Part shown: one piece after another, positions 42,840 through 52,633 of the stretch
How positions within the stretch are numbered: position 1 is the first letter of the stretch
How the letters are laid out: every line of letters begins with the position of its first letter
Assembly: GCA_963789955.1 (NCBI GenBank)
Contig: CAWBMV010000006.1
Coordinates: 320,001 to 384,000, forward strand
Direction of reading: 5' to 3'
Length of the DNA: 64,000 bases
DNA from: an uncultured Candidatus Rokubacteria bacterium
Lineage (GTDB): Bacteria; Methylomirabilota; Methylomirabilia; Rokubacteriales; CSP1-6
Notes under the pieces: model-generated
Told to the model about the DNA's origin: nothing
Databases searched by the model: none
What the model saw: only the letters and a program-made list of their open reading frames with translations
Made by a program: the position numbers and the translations under genes

Positions 42840-44655
42840 ATCTGCACGCTTCCCGACGCCACCGGAAGCGTCAGGATCATCACCGTGCCGCGATCCACTT
42901 CGGATTCGACGTCGATCCGGCCGTCGTGCATCTGCACGATCCGATACACCATCGAGAGCCCGATGCCGGACCCTTGCGACTTGGTCGTGAAGTACAGGCG
43001 GAAGATCTTCTCGAGATCCTGCGCGGGAATGCCGACGCCCTCGTCGGCGATGCGGATCTCGACGGAGCCGTCGGGTCCCAGACGCGCGCCCGAGGGTGAC
43101 CGTCCCGCCCTTCGGCATCGCCTGAATCGCGTTCGTCACCAGATTCGTGAGCGCCTGCTGGAGCAGCTCGCGGTCGCCGGCGACCGGCGGCAGCTCGGGC
43201 GCCACGTCCTCGGTAATGCGCGCTCCGGCGCGCGCCGCCTCGGGCACCATGAGGCGCGCGATCTCGGACAGCAGCGCGTCGACCTGGACCGGCGCCAGCC
43301 GGATCTCCTCCGGACGCACGAACTTCAGAAACCCCTGAACGACGCGATCGAGCCGGACGATTTCCTGGGCGATCACGTCGAGATTCTCGCGGATCGGCGG
43401 CTGGCTCGCGCCCAGACGCGCCTTCAGGAGCTCGAGGTGAATGCGCATCGCGTTGAGGGGATTTTTCACCTCGTGCGCCACACCCGAGGTCAGCCGGCCG
43501 AGCGCCGCGAGCTTCTGCGAATACGTCACGAGCGACTGCACGGCGCGGACGGGCTCGAGGTTGCGGAGCGCGAGGACGCCGCCCCCCGCGCGCTCGCCAT
43601 CGGGAATACGGTAGCTCGACACCGCAAGCTCGCGAGACTGTCCGTCGGGACACCGCACTTTCACCGCGGAGTTTCGACGCTCGATCCCGGCGTCGAACAG
43701 CTCGGTGACCACCGGCCCCAGCGGGTGATCGGCCGGCAAGAGACCCGCGAGCGCCCCCTCGGGCGAGTCGAGCGATTGGCCGAGCAGCCCTTCGGCCGCT
43801 TGATTGCAGAACACGACCTCGCGCTTGGCGTTCAGCACGATCACGGCGTCTTCGAGGCTGTCGAGGATCCCTTCCATCCGCGCCCGGTCGTTCTGCCAGT
43901 GCGATTGCTCCGCGTGCACTCGCTCGCCGAGCTGGTTGACCCGCGCCGCGAGCTCTCCGAGCTCGTCGTCGCGCGTGAGCTCGACCGTGGCGCCGTACTC
44001 GCCGCGAGCCAGCCGATCCATCCCGTTGGCGATCTTCCTCAGCGACTGGAGCAGGAGATGGCCGACGACGAGCCCGACCGCGACGGCGATACCGAGAGCG
44101 GCCAGGGCGACCGCCAGGCTATAGAGCGCGGCCTGCGCCAGCTCCTGCTTGAGCAGGCTGGTCGAGACGCCAACCCGGACGGTGCCGAAGGGGCGCTCGC
44201 CCAGGCGCATCGGAACCTGCGCCTCGTACACCTCGGGCTGGCCGAACAGCGAGGCGACGATGGCGAGCGGTCGACCGGGTCTTCAGGCGCTCGACGCTCT
44301 CGCGCGGCGGCAGGATCTCCCCCTCGAGCTTGGGATTGCTGTGGGCGAGAATCCGGTCGCTCGGATCGACCACGGCCGCGTACACGACCGTGCGCGAGTA
44401 ACCGATCATGCCCTCGAGCAGGGCACGGATGCCTGGATCCTGCTGCAGGAGTGTGGGGGAGGGCGTCGGCGAGGCGGCGACGACGCGCGAGCTCTGGTGA
44501 TACAGCTGGCGCGCCATCAGCTCGCCCTCGTCCGCCGCGGACCCGAGCGCGAGCCGCGCCACGTTCGCCAGGTGCGCCACGGTCGACGCCACCACCACGA
44601 GCAGGACCACGAAGGCGAGCGCCAGGACCTGCCGCGCGCGGAGCGTCAGACGCAT
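42836..44655 (-). CDS. Membrane sensor histidine kinase (TM-periplasmic-TM-HAMP-PAS-HisKA-HATPase); indels near 44265 and 43085
   Basis: DELGELA HAMP; LGRLTSGVAHEVKNPL H-box; NLVTNAIQAM N-box; DEGVGIP, YFTTK, GSGIGL in shifted frame. Confidence 0.88.
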
Positions 44656-44660
44656 TCGCC

Positions 44661-46157
44661 TCAGGCGTTGTATTTGTGGAGCTTGTTGTGAAGTGTCTTG
44701 AGGCTGATGCCGAGAATCTCGGCGGCGCGGGTCTTGTTGCCTCCCGTTTGCTTCAGGGTCCGCAGAATCAGCTCCTTCTCGGCGTCCTCGACGGTCGTGC
44801 CGATCGGGAGCACCAGATCGGCGTCGGTGGCCGCGACGACCGGCTCCGTGGTCATGCCCAGGACAGGCAGGTGCTCGGCGCGGACCAGGTCGCCCGAGCA
44901 GATGATGACCGCCCGCTCGATCACGTTGCGAAGCTCACGAACGTTGCCCGGCCACCGATGGCGCCGGAGGACGTCGAGCGCGCTCTCGTCGACACCCCGG
45001 ACGTTACGGCCGTGACGATCGTTGAATTCCTCGACGAACGCCTGGGCCAGGTCCGAAAGGTCTTCCAGCCGGTCGCGCAGCGGCGGCAGCGCGATCGCGA
45101 AGACGTTGAGCCGATAGTAGAGATCCTCGCGCAAGGTGCCGTCCTGCAGCGCCTTCACCGGCTCCTTGTTGGTCGCCGCGACCACCCGGACATTGACGCG
45201 GATCTCGGCCTTGGCGCCGAGGCGACGGAACTGCCCCTCCTGCAGCACGCGGAGGAACTTCGCCTGGGTGCCCGGCTGCATCTCGGCGACTTCATCGAGG
45301 AAGAGCGTCCCCCCGTCGGCGAGCTCGAAGCAGCCCTGTCGCCGCTCCACGGCACCGGTGAACGAGCCGCGCTCGTGTCCGAAGATCTCGCTCTCCAGCA
45401 ATGTCTCAGGGATCGCCGCGCAGTTCACCGCAACGAAAGGCCCTCTCCGGCGCGGCGAGAGCTCGTGGACGGTGCGCGCGACCAGCTCCTTGCCCGTCCC
45501 GCTTTCGCCGGCGATGAACAACGTCGCGTCCGTGGGCGCGGACACTTCGACCTGTCGCATCACTTCCATCATGCCGCGAGAGCTGCCGAGCAACCGGCCG
45601 AACGCGCCGCGCTGCCGGAGCTGGCGCCGCAGCAGCTGGACTTCGCGCGCGGTCTCGGAACGCTCCAGCGCCCGGTCGAGCAAGAGCTGCAGGCGCGTGG
45701 GATCGACCGGCTTGGTGAGGTAGTCGTACGCGCCGTCCTTGATCGCCTGCACGGCGGTCTCGATGCTGCCCTGGCCGGTCAGGAACACGACCGCCGTGGT
45801 CGGAAAGTCGCGCTTGAGCCGCGTGAGCAGCTCGAGCCCGTCGATTCCGGGCATGACCAGGTCGGCGATCACGAGATCGGGAACCCGCACCGCCGCGCGC
45901 TCCAGAGCTTCCTGCCCGTCGCCGGCCGCGGACACGTCGTAGCCCCACACGGTCAAGAGCTCTTGAAGGCCCTTGCGCGAGGCGGGCTCGTCGTCGACGA
46001 CCAGGATTCGGTGATCCTTCATCCGGTCCGCATGCCCAAAACGCTCCGTCGCGACGGCAGCGCCCGCCGCCTCGGACGAGGCGCTCGAGTCGGGCCGCGA
46101 GCCACCCGGCGGGATGGCGTTGGAGGCCTCAGTGTACCCCAGCGGACTCTTGCTCAT
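44661..46157 (-). CDS. sigma54-dependent response regulator (REC-AAA+-Fis HTH; NtrC/AtoC family); alternative start at 46022
   Basis: ILVVDDE, DLVMPG, GESGTGKE, ESEIFGHERGSFTGA, FLDEV, WPGNVREL, GNKTRAAEILGIS. Confidence 0.93.
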   Translation of the reverse strand: MSKSPLGYTEASNAIPPGGSRPDSSASSEAAGAAVATERFGHADRMKDHRILVVDDEPASRKGLQELLTVWGYDVSAAGDGQEALERAAVRVPDLVIADLVMPGIDGLELLTRLKRDFPTTAVVFLTGQGSIETAVQAIKDGAYDYLTKPVDPTRLQLLLDRALERSETAREVQLLRRQLRQRGAFGRLLGSSRGMMEVMRQVEVSAPTDATLFIAGESGTGKELVARTVHELSPRRRGPFVAVNCAAIPETLLESEIFGHERGSFTGAVERRQGCFELADGGTLFLDEVAEMQPGTQAKFLRVLQEGQFRRLGAKAEIRVNVRVVAATNKEPVKALQDGTLREDLYYRLNVFAIALPPLRDRLEDLSDLAQAFVEEFNDRHGRNVRGVDESALDVLRRHRWPGNVRELRNVIERAVIICSGDLVRAEHLPVLGMTTEPVVAATDADLVLPIGTTVEDAEKELILRTLKQTGGNKTRAAEILGISLKTLHNKLHKYNA

Positions 46158-46375
46158 GATGTCGCGACAATGGCGCGCGCCGGCCGGGTCCGGACCAGCC
46201 GTACGTGCGAGTTCTGCCACGCCGGAATCGACCATTCGAGTCGCGCCTGGTGCTCCACCTGATGGCCGCAGGGACCGAGCGTGATCGACATCATCTCGTC
46301 CCGATCCTCCCGCCAGTCTTCCACCCACCGCAGCGCGTGACATCGAGCGCACATCATCGTCTTTGTCGGGTTCAT
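46154..46375 (-). CDS. Small hypothetical Cys-containing (zinc-ribbon-like) protein
   Basis: CARC...PCGH; ATGA overlaps with both neighbours. Confidence 0.55.
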   Translation of the reverse strand: MNPTKTMMCARCHALRWVEDWREDRDEMMSITLGPCGHQVEHQARLEWSIPAWQNSHVRLVRTRPARAIVATS

Positions 46376-46671
46376 TGGTCCCTCGTGTTGTCCGGAGCCT
46401 CGTCATCGTCGTCCTCGTCCGTTGCGACCGTCGCTAGAACCACGACATCCTGGAGCACCTGGATCCCGTCCACCCGAATTCGCGCGAATCCCATTGCCAC
46501 GGCGCCGCGCAGCGAGGTATCGAATGCTTCCTTCACGGCTCGCTTGACCGCTGGATCGGAGCGATCGGTCAGGTTCACCACCGTCTGCATGCGGACGACG
46601 CGAGCCCAGGCGGGCGTGGCGACGATCATCGCCATCAACATCGCCGCCACGAGCCCTGCGAGTGTGCGCAC
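46372..46671 (-). CDS. Small secreted hypothetical protein with acidic tail
   Basis: GTG after GGGGAGG; signal peptide ending ATPAWA; DEDDDDE tail. Confidence 0.7.
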   Translation of the reverse strand: MRTLAGLVAAMLMAMIVATPAWARVVRMQTVVNLTDRSDPAVKRAVKEAFDTSLRGAVAMGFARIRVDGIQVLQDVVVLATVATDEDDDDEAPDNTRDQ

Positions 46672-46717
46672 GGTGCCCTCCCCGATGAACCAGTCTGCTG
46701 CAAGCGTCGTCCGGGTG

Positions 46718-46852
46718 AGCATCGCCCGTGCCAGGGCTTGGAGAAACTCGACCAACTATCTGATTCTGTTTTGATTTGTCCCGATATGGATCGGCGTGGT
46801 GGGCAGCTTTCGACACGGCCTCGGAGCAAGAAATACGTTGTAAGATTTACAC
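46718..46852 (-). promoter_or_regulatory. sigma54 promoter with IHF-like site and upstream activator-like site
   Basis: TGGCAC-GGGCG-ATGCT (46718-46733); AATCAG-ATAG-TTG (46753-46765, - strand) in an AT-rich patch; TGTAAGATTTACA (46839-46851). Confidence 0.65.
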
Positions 46853-46884
46853 GAACGTCCGGGACACGTCAGGCTCGCGACAGC

Positions 46885-49233
46885 CTACCGGTCGCCTTGT
46901 GGTGGACTTTCCTTGGGCTCGCGCGAGCGGCGGAACCACTCGGTCAGGCGGTTCCATCCGTTCACGACGTGATCGATGACACCGCGATGCTCGTCGCAGA
47001 GAGGTGGCTCCGTCCCGACAAGGAATGCTTCACGAGCGACCACGGGGCAGGCGCGGGCGGCACGCTTGCCGTTCGTGACGTCGATATCCGCGAACGAGAT
47101 GCCCACGGGAACTTCGAAATCCGACTGCGGGTAGGCGTCGAACGCCTGCTTCATGAAGTCCACCCAGATCGGCAGCGCCGCGCGCGCGCCGCTCATGCCG
47201 TGCGGCTCGCCGCCGTCGAAGCCGACCCAGACCAGCGCCAGGAGCTTCGGCGTGTAGCCGACGAACCACGCGTCGCGGCCGTCGTTGGTGGTACCGGTCT
47301 TTCCCGCGACGACGTCGGGAAGCCCGCTCGCGCGCACCGCGCTGCCGGTCCCTGCCGTCACGACACCCTTGAGAAGCGACGTCACGAGCCAGGCTTCGGC
47401 AGGCGAGATCACTCGCACCGGCTCGTCCGCGCTCGATGGCTTGACCTCGTCGTCGCCGAACTGGACGGTGTGGATGCCGGAGATCGCGGCCGGCCTGATC
47501 CCGCCGTTCGCGAGCGGAAGATATGCGCGCGCCAGCTCGAGCGGCGTGACCTCGAACGCGCCGAGCGCCATCGCCGGAACCGGCGCGAGCTGGCTCTGGA
47601 GCCCGAGGGCGCGCGCCAGCTCGATCACGGTCGGCAGTCCAACCGTTTGGGCGATGCGGACCGTGGCCGAGTTGAGAGACTGCTCGAGCGCCTGTCGCAC
47701 GGTCACGATGCCTTCGTACCGGTCGTCGGAATTTCGGGGGCTCCAGGGTTGTCCGTTGGACTCCAGTGTGAGCGGCAAGTCCTCGACGCGCGAGGCGGCC
47801 GTGAAGAACGGCGAGCCGTCGCCGGCCCGGAGCGCGGCGAGATAGACGATCGGCTTGAAGGCCGACCCGGGCTGGCGGCGCGCCGAGGTGACTCGATTGA
47901 ACTGGCTCGCGAGATAGTCTCGACCGCCGACCAGCGCCCGGATCTCGCCGGTCGCCGGCTCGACCACGAGCATGGCGATCTGCAGACGCCGGCCCGGTTC
48001 CCGACGATAGCCGTGCGGCAGGCTCGACTCGAGCCGATCCAGGCCGCGTACGGCCGCGGCTTCGGCGAATCGCTGGAGGGTCAGGTCGAGCGTGGTGACG
48101 ATGCGAGCCCCGCGCACCCGCGAGACGCCGGGATCGAAGCGCTGCTCGATCTCCTGGCGCACGTAGTCGACGAAGTACGGCGCCGACTGGCCCGGATTCA
48201 CCAGCGAACGCACCTGCACCGGCGCGCGGCGCGCGCGCTCGTATTCGTCGGGCGTGATCATCTTCAGATCGCGCATCTGCGCGAGCACGGTGTTGCGGTG
48301 CTCGCGCGCACGGTCCGGATCGACCGCCGGGGAATAGATGTTGGGGCCGCGGATGATCGCGGCGATCAGGGCCGCCTCCGGCGTCGTCAGCTGGTGGACC
48401 TCTTTGCCGAAGTACGCGCGTGACGCCGCCCCGACGCCGCGGAGCGCGATGGGCCCGCGCTGTCCCAGATAGATCTCGTTCAGGTAGGCTTCGAGGATCC
48501 GCTCCTTCGAATAGCGCGACTCGATCAGCGCGGCCAGCCACGCTTCCCGCAGCTTGCGGAAGAACGTGCGCTGCGGGCTGAGCAGCCGGACCTTCACGAG
48601 CTGCTGCGTGATCGTGCTGCCGCCTTCCTTGACCCTGCCGGCGCGGAGGTTGGCCCACGCGGCGCGGAGCAGCGCGCGAGGATCGAGGCCGCCGTGCGCG
48701 AAGAATCGGTGGTCCTCGGCCGCCAGCACGGCGTCGATCAAGACCTTCGGCGTCTCGTCGAGCCGGATCGGCTTGTGGTCTTCACCCGGCCGGTCCGCCG
48801 CACTCGAGAGCACCTCGGGCTCGAGCGCCACCGCCCCCGCGTCCTGGCCGGAGCGCGTGACCTTGGTAATCCGATCGTCGGCGAGCTGCAGGCGGACGAG
48901 CTGAGCAGGACCGGCGCCGGTCTCGTCGCCACCTCGAAGATAGATGTCCCAACCCTCCGAGGAGCGACGGAAGAGACCGGGCGAGGGAGGGACCGAGCGC
49001 GTCTCCTTGTAGCCGAGGCGAGCGAGCGTGGCCACCAGGCCGACGCGCTGGACGTGCACGCCGGGCGCCAGGGTTTGACCGGCGGCGTAGATGAACGTCG
49101 CCCGGCGGGCGTCGGCGCGCTCGAACTTGTGGAGCTCGATCGCGGAGTAGATGAAGGGAGCGCCGGCCACGGAGACGATCGCCGCGATCAGAGCCCATCG
49201 TCGCCAGCGGCGGAATTGCTCGGTCAATTTCAC
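46885..49233 (-). CDS. mrcB: Class A penicillin-binding protein, PBP1B-like (TM, UB2H-like, transglycosylase, transpeptidase)
   Basis: EDHRFFAHGG, GGSTITQQL, RKLRE, YLNEIYLG; SAFK, SLN, KTGT. Confidence 0.9.
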   Translation of the reverse strand: MKLTEQFRRWRRWALIAAIVSVAGAPFIYSAIELHKFERADARRATFIYAAGQTLAPGVHVQRVGLVATLARLGYKETRSVPPSPGLFRRSSEGWDIYLRGGDETGAGPAQLVRLQLADDRITKVTRSGQDAGAVALEPEVLSSAADRPGEDHKPIRLDETPKVLIDAVLAAEDHRFFAHGGLDPRALLRAAWANLRAGRVKEGGSTITQQLVKVRLLSPQRTFFRKLREAWLAALIESRYSKERILEAYLNEIYLGQRGPIALRGVGAASRAYFGKEVHQLTTPEAALIAAIIRGPNIYSPAVDPDRAREHRNTVLAQMRDLKMITPDEYERARRAPVQVRSLVNPGQSAPYFVDYVRQEIEQRFDPGVSRVRGARIVTTLDLTLQRFAEAAAVRGLDRLESSLPHGYRREPGRRLQIAMLVVEPATGEIRALVGGRDYLASQFNRVTSARRQPGSAFKPIVYLAALRAGDGSPFFTAASRVEDLPLTLESNGQPWSPRNSDDRYEGIVTVRQALEQSLNSATVRIAQTVGLPTVIELARALGLQSQLAPVPAMALGAFEVTPLELARAYLPLANGGIRPAAISGIHTVQFGDDEVKPSSADEPVRVISPAEAWLVTSLLKGVVTAGTGSAVRASGLPDVVAGKTGTTNDGRDAWFVGYTPKLLALVWVGFDGGEPHGMSGARAALPIWVDFMKQAFDAYPQSDFEVPVGISFADIDVTNGKRAARACPVVAREAFLVGTEPPLCDEHRGVIDHVVNGWNRLTEWFRRSREPKESPPQGDR

Positions 49234-49276
49234 CTCGAGTCTATCAGGCTCGACGTCCTACGACGGCTGCGAACCG

Positions 49277-49292
49277 TGCACCGGATGTGCCA
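49277..49292 (-). promoter_or_regulatory. sigma54 promoter upstream of the PBP gene
   Basis: TGGCAC-ATCCG-GTGCA on the - strand, ~45 nt before the start codon. Confidence 0.55.
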
Positions 49293-49386
49293 GCGAGCGC
49301 CGGTCTTTGTCGAATGGACTTAGCGCGTGCTCGCAGGACTCATGCACCGAGCTCGACGTCAGATCGGTGACACCTGTCGAAGTCGG

Positions 49387-49794
49387 CTAGGAGGAACGGG
49401 GCGGAGCGAGCGGATCCGGCCGGCCGAGCGCCGCGGCAACGGTCTGGTGCAGCTGCCCGAGCCCGACCGGCTTCGCCACGTACGCGAAGGCGCCCATCTC
49501 CATCGCCTTCGGCCTGAGCGTCGCGTCGGGGCTGCCCGAGATCATGATCACGCGGATCGCTGGATCGAGCGCGCGAATGCGCTCGAGAACCTGGACACCG
49601 TTGAGGCCTTCCATCATGACGTCCAGCACGACGACATCTGGACGGTACTGCGAGACCGCGATGAGCGCGTCGCCGCCGTGCGCCGCCGCGTCGACCGCGT
49701 AGCCCGCTTCGGAGAAATACCGGGTCAGGATCGTGACGAGGTCCGGCTCGTCGTCCACCACGAGAATGCGGCCCTGGGACCCGGTGTCGCGCAT
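49387..49794 (-). CDS. Single-domain response regulator (receiver)
   Basis: RILVVDDEP, PDVVVLDVMM, IMISG, YVAKP. Confidence 0.9.
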   Translation of the reverse strand: MRDTGSQGRILVVDDEPDLVTILTRYFSEAGYAVDAAAHGGDALIAVSQYRPDVVVLDVMMEGLNGVQVLERIRALDPAIRVIMISGSPDATLRPKAMEMGAFAYVAKPVGLGQLHQTVAAALGRPDPLAPPRSS

Positions 49795-49862
49795 CTCCGT
49801 ACGATTATCGCCCCTGGGGCCTCGCCCTCGTATGTGGATTGCGAAGCTGTAGAATTCTGTCG

Positions 49863-50063
49863 TTACGCCATCGATCTTGCCTCGACCTCGTCGACCGGGG
49901 CGCCCAGGTCCTCGGGCGTCGTCGACTGGTCGAGCCAGAGCGAGTGGCCGCAGAGGCAGCACTTCCAGAGCAATCGAGTCGTCGCCAGGCATGCGAAGCG
50001 CCGCGCCTCGGAGATATGGGACTTGTCGAGCGTGAGTGGTCCGCCGCACCGGCACGTGATCAT
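49863..50063 (-). CDS. Small hypothetical zinc-ribbon-like protein
   Basis: CRCGG...WKCCLCGH; GGAGG RBS. Confidence 0.6.
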   Translation of the reverse strand: MITCRCGGPLTLDKSHISEARRFACLATTRLLWKCCLCGHSLWLDQSTTPEDLGAPVDEVEARSMA

Positions 50064-50217
50064 CGGGGCACCTCCGTTCCGCAGGGGAGGTGCATCCCTT
50101 GGGCCAGCGATAAGCCTCCGATTCCATTGCGCTCTTCGCCGCTCGACCTCGGGCGGATTGGCAACCTCGGGAAGCGGGGGTGACCGCCCTCGTCACGCCG
50201 ATAGCGCGTGGTACGCC

Positions 50218-51052
50218 GTGACCTCCCGCCGCCTCGTCGAGCGGCTGCAGTCGCTCTACCCGGAGGCCTCCCGTCGCAGCCTCAAACAATGGCTCACGGG
50301 CTCGCGGGTCAGGGTCAACGGTGCCGTGGTCGTCCGCGGCGACGTCGAGGTCGATCCGGCCGATCGGATCGAGCTGACGTCACCCGCGCCGCCCGCGTGC
50401 CCGGCGCCGCTGCGACTCGTCCACGAGGACGACGACATCCTCGTGGTCGACAAGCCCTCCGGCCTCCTGACCATCGCCACCGAGAGCGAGCGCGAGCGCA
50501 CGGCCTACCGGCTTCTTCGCGACTGGGTCGCGCGCCGCGACACGCGCGCGGCCCGGCTCTTCATCGTTCACCGGCTCGATCGGGAAACCTCGGGCCTGAT
50601 CGTCTTCGCCAAATCGGTGGCGGCCAAGGAGCATCTGCAGGCGCAGTTCGCGGTACGCACCGCCGAGCGGCTCTACATCGCCCTCGCCGAGGGCGTCATG
50701 CGCCAGGACGGAAGGCTCGCTGGTCTCGCGCCTCGTCGAGGACCGCGCGTTGCGTGTGCGGGTCGCGCAGCGCGGAGACGGCAAGGAGGCCATCACGCGC
50801 TATCGAGTCCTCGAGCGCCGGCGCGGCACGACCCTGGTCGAGCTACGGCTGGTGACCGGGCGCCGCGCTCAGATTCGCGCCCAGCTCGCCGCGGCGGGCC
50901 ATCCCATCGCGGGCGACGCTCAGTACGGCGGCCGGACAGATCCGATGAGGCGGCTGGCGCTCCACGCGACGCGACTCGCGTTCGTGCATCCGCGCGGCGA
51001 CCGAGTCAGCTTCGACAGCCCGCTGCCGACGGCATTCGGCCACCGGACGTGA
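50218..51052 (+). CDS. RluA-family pseudouridine synthase with S4-like N-terminus; indel near 50712
   Basis: VVDKPSGL, HRLDRETSGL, AITRYRVL, TGRRAQIR, GHPIAGD, LALHA. Confidence 0.9.
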
Positions 51053-51085
51053 CGGCGGTGCTATGATCCGCGGCGAAAGTCCATC

Positions 51086-51238
51086 ATGAACGATCCCGAG
51101 AAGCAGGTGAGCGCGGACGTCGCCGGTCTCGCCGCGGCCATCGAGCGGATGGCGGCTGATCTCGCGATCGGCGAGGAGCCGGCGGGCTTCGTGCTGGCGC
51201 TCGAAGGCGACGCGAAGTCCGAAGAGCCTCGTGACTGA
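51086..51238 (+). CDS. Small (50 aa) protein coupled to the amidase, possibly a GatC/AtzG-like partner; absent from the ORF track
   Basis: MNDPEKQVSADVAGLAAAIERMAADLAIGEEPAGFVLALEGDAKSEEPRD*, overlapping the amidase GTG. Confidence 0.55.
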   Translation: MNDPEKQVSADVAGLAAAIERMAADLAIGEEPAGFVLALEGDAKSEEPRD

Positions 51239-52633
51239 CTGGACGATCCAGACCCTCTCGCGCGCGATGGCGGCGCGCAAGATCTCGCCGGTCGAGGCGA
51301 CGCAGACCTGCCTGGACCGCATCGCGCGGCTCGATGGACGCATTCACGCGTTCATCACCGTCGACGCCGAAGGCGCGCTCGCGACGGCACGGGCGCTCGA
51401 AGACGAGCTGGCCGCCGGCCACAGTCGCGGCCCGCTGCACGGTGTGCCGTTCGCCTACAAGGACCTCTGCCACGTGCCCGGCCTGCCGACGTCGTGCGGC
51501 ACGAAGACCCGCGAGTACTTCACGTCGCCGATCGAATGCACCGCCGTCGCGCGGCTTGCGCGCCGCCGGCGCCGTCACCCTGGGCAAGCTCAACATGACC
51601 GAGCTGGCGATGGGTCCGTTCGGCGACAACGCCCATCACGGCGATGTGCAGAACCCGTGGAAATCCGGCCACTGCTCCGGCGGCTCGAGCAGCGGCTCGG
51701 GCGCCGCGGTGGCCGCCGGGTTCGCGCTCGGGGCGCTCGGCAGCGACACCGGTGGCTCGATCCGGCTTCCGGCGGCCTGTTGCGGCGTCGTCGGGCTCAA
51801 GCCCACCTACGGACGCGTGAGCCGCGCCGGGGTGATGCCGCTGTCGTGGTCGATGGATCACCTGGGTCCGCTGACCCGAACCGTCGCCGACGCCGCGCTG
51901 CTCCTCGAGGTCGTCGCCGGATACGATCCGCACGACGCGACGTCGAGCCGCCGGGGGGTTCCGTACTATCAGCGCATGCTCGAGAGCCCGATCGGCGGGC
52001 TGCGCGTCGGGATTCCAGAGAACTTCTTCTTCGACGGGATCACCCCGGACATGGACGCCGCCGTCCGTGCGGCCGCAGAGGTTCTCGGAGGCCTCGGCGC
52101 GCTCGTGTCGCCGATCCGCGTGCCCGATCCGCGGACCCTCACGGACATCGGCAACGTGATCTCACGCTCGGAGTCGGCCGCACTGCACGCGCGACTGGCC
52201 CGCGACCGCCCGCACGAGCTTCAGCCCGCCGTCCGGACGCGGCTCGAGATCGGCTTCCACATCTCGGCGCACGACTATCTGCAGGCGCTGCGCCTGCGGT
52301 CGCGCCTCGCGCGGGAATTCATCGCCGAAGTGTTCGCCGAGGTCGACGCGCTCGTCGTCCCGGTGATCCCCGAGCCGGCGCCGGCCCTCGAGACGGCGAA
52401 GGCCGGCTCCGTGGACGACGTCGTCACAAGGATGGGGCGATTCTCGCGGCTCACGCGTCCCTTCAATGCCCTCGGACTACCGGCGCTGACGTTGCCGTGC
52501 GGGTTTTCGTCGGACCGACGGCCGCTGGCCCTGCAGATCGTCGGCCGCGCGTTCGACGAAGCCACGACTCTGCGGCTCGGCCACGCCTACCAGCAGGCCA
52601 CGGCGTGGCATCAGCGAGGGACCACCGCTTTGA
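51231..52633 (+). CDS. Amidase-signature family protein (GatA/AtzE-like); indel near 51560
   Basis: GPLHGVPFAYKD, GKLNMTE, GGSSSGS, GSDTGGSIRLPA, GLKPTYGRVS. Confidence 0.9.

Noticed and set aside
42408..46262. Very long alternative-frame or antisense ORFs (e.g. 1284 aa here, 1020 aa at 51231, 851 aa at 38169, 800 aa at 16455)
   Set aside because: These are Arg/Gly/Pro-rich shadows of real genes, expected at high GC, sometimes stitched to real segments by indels. They carry no motifs of their own.
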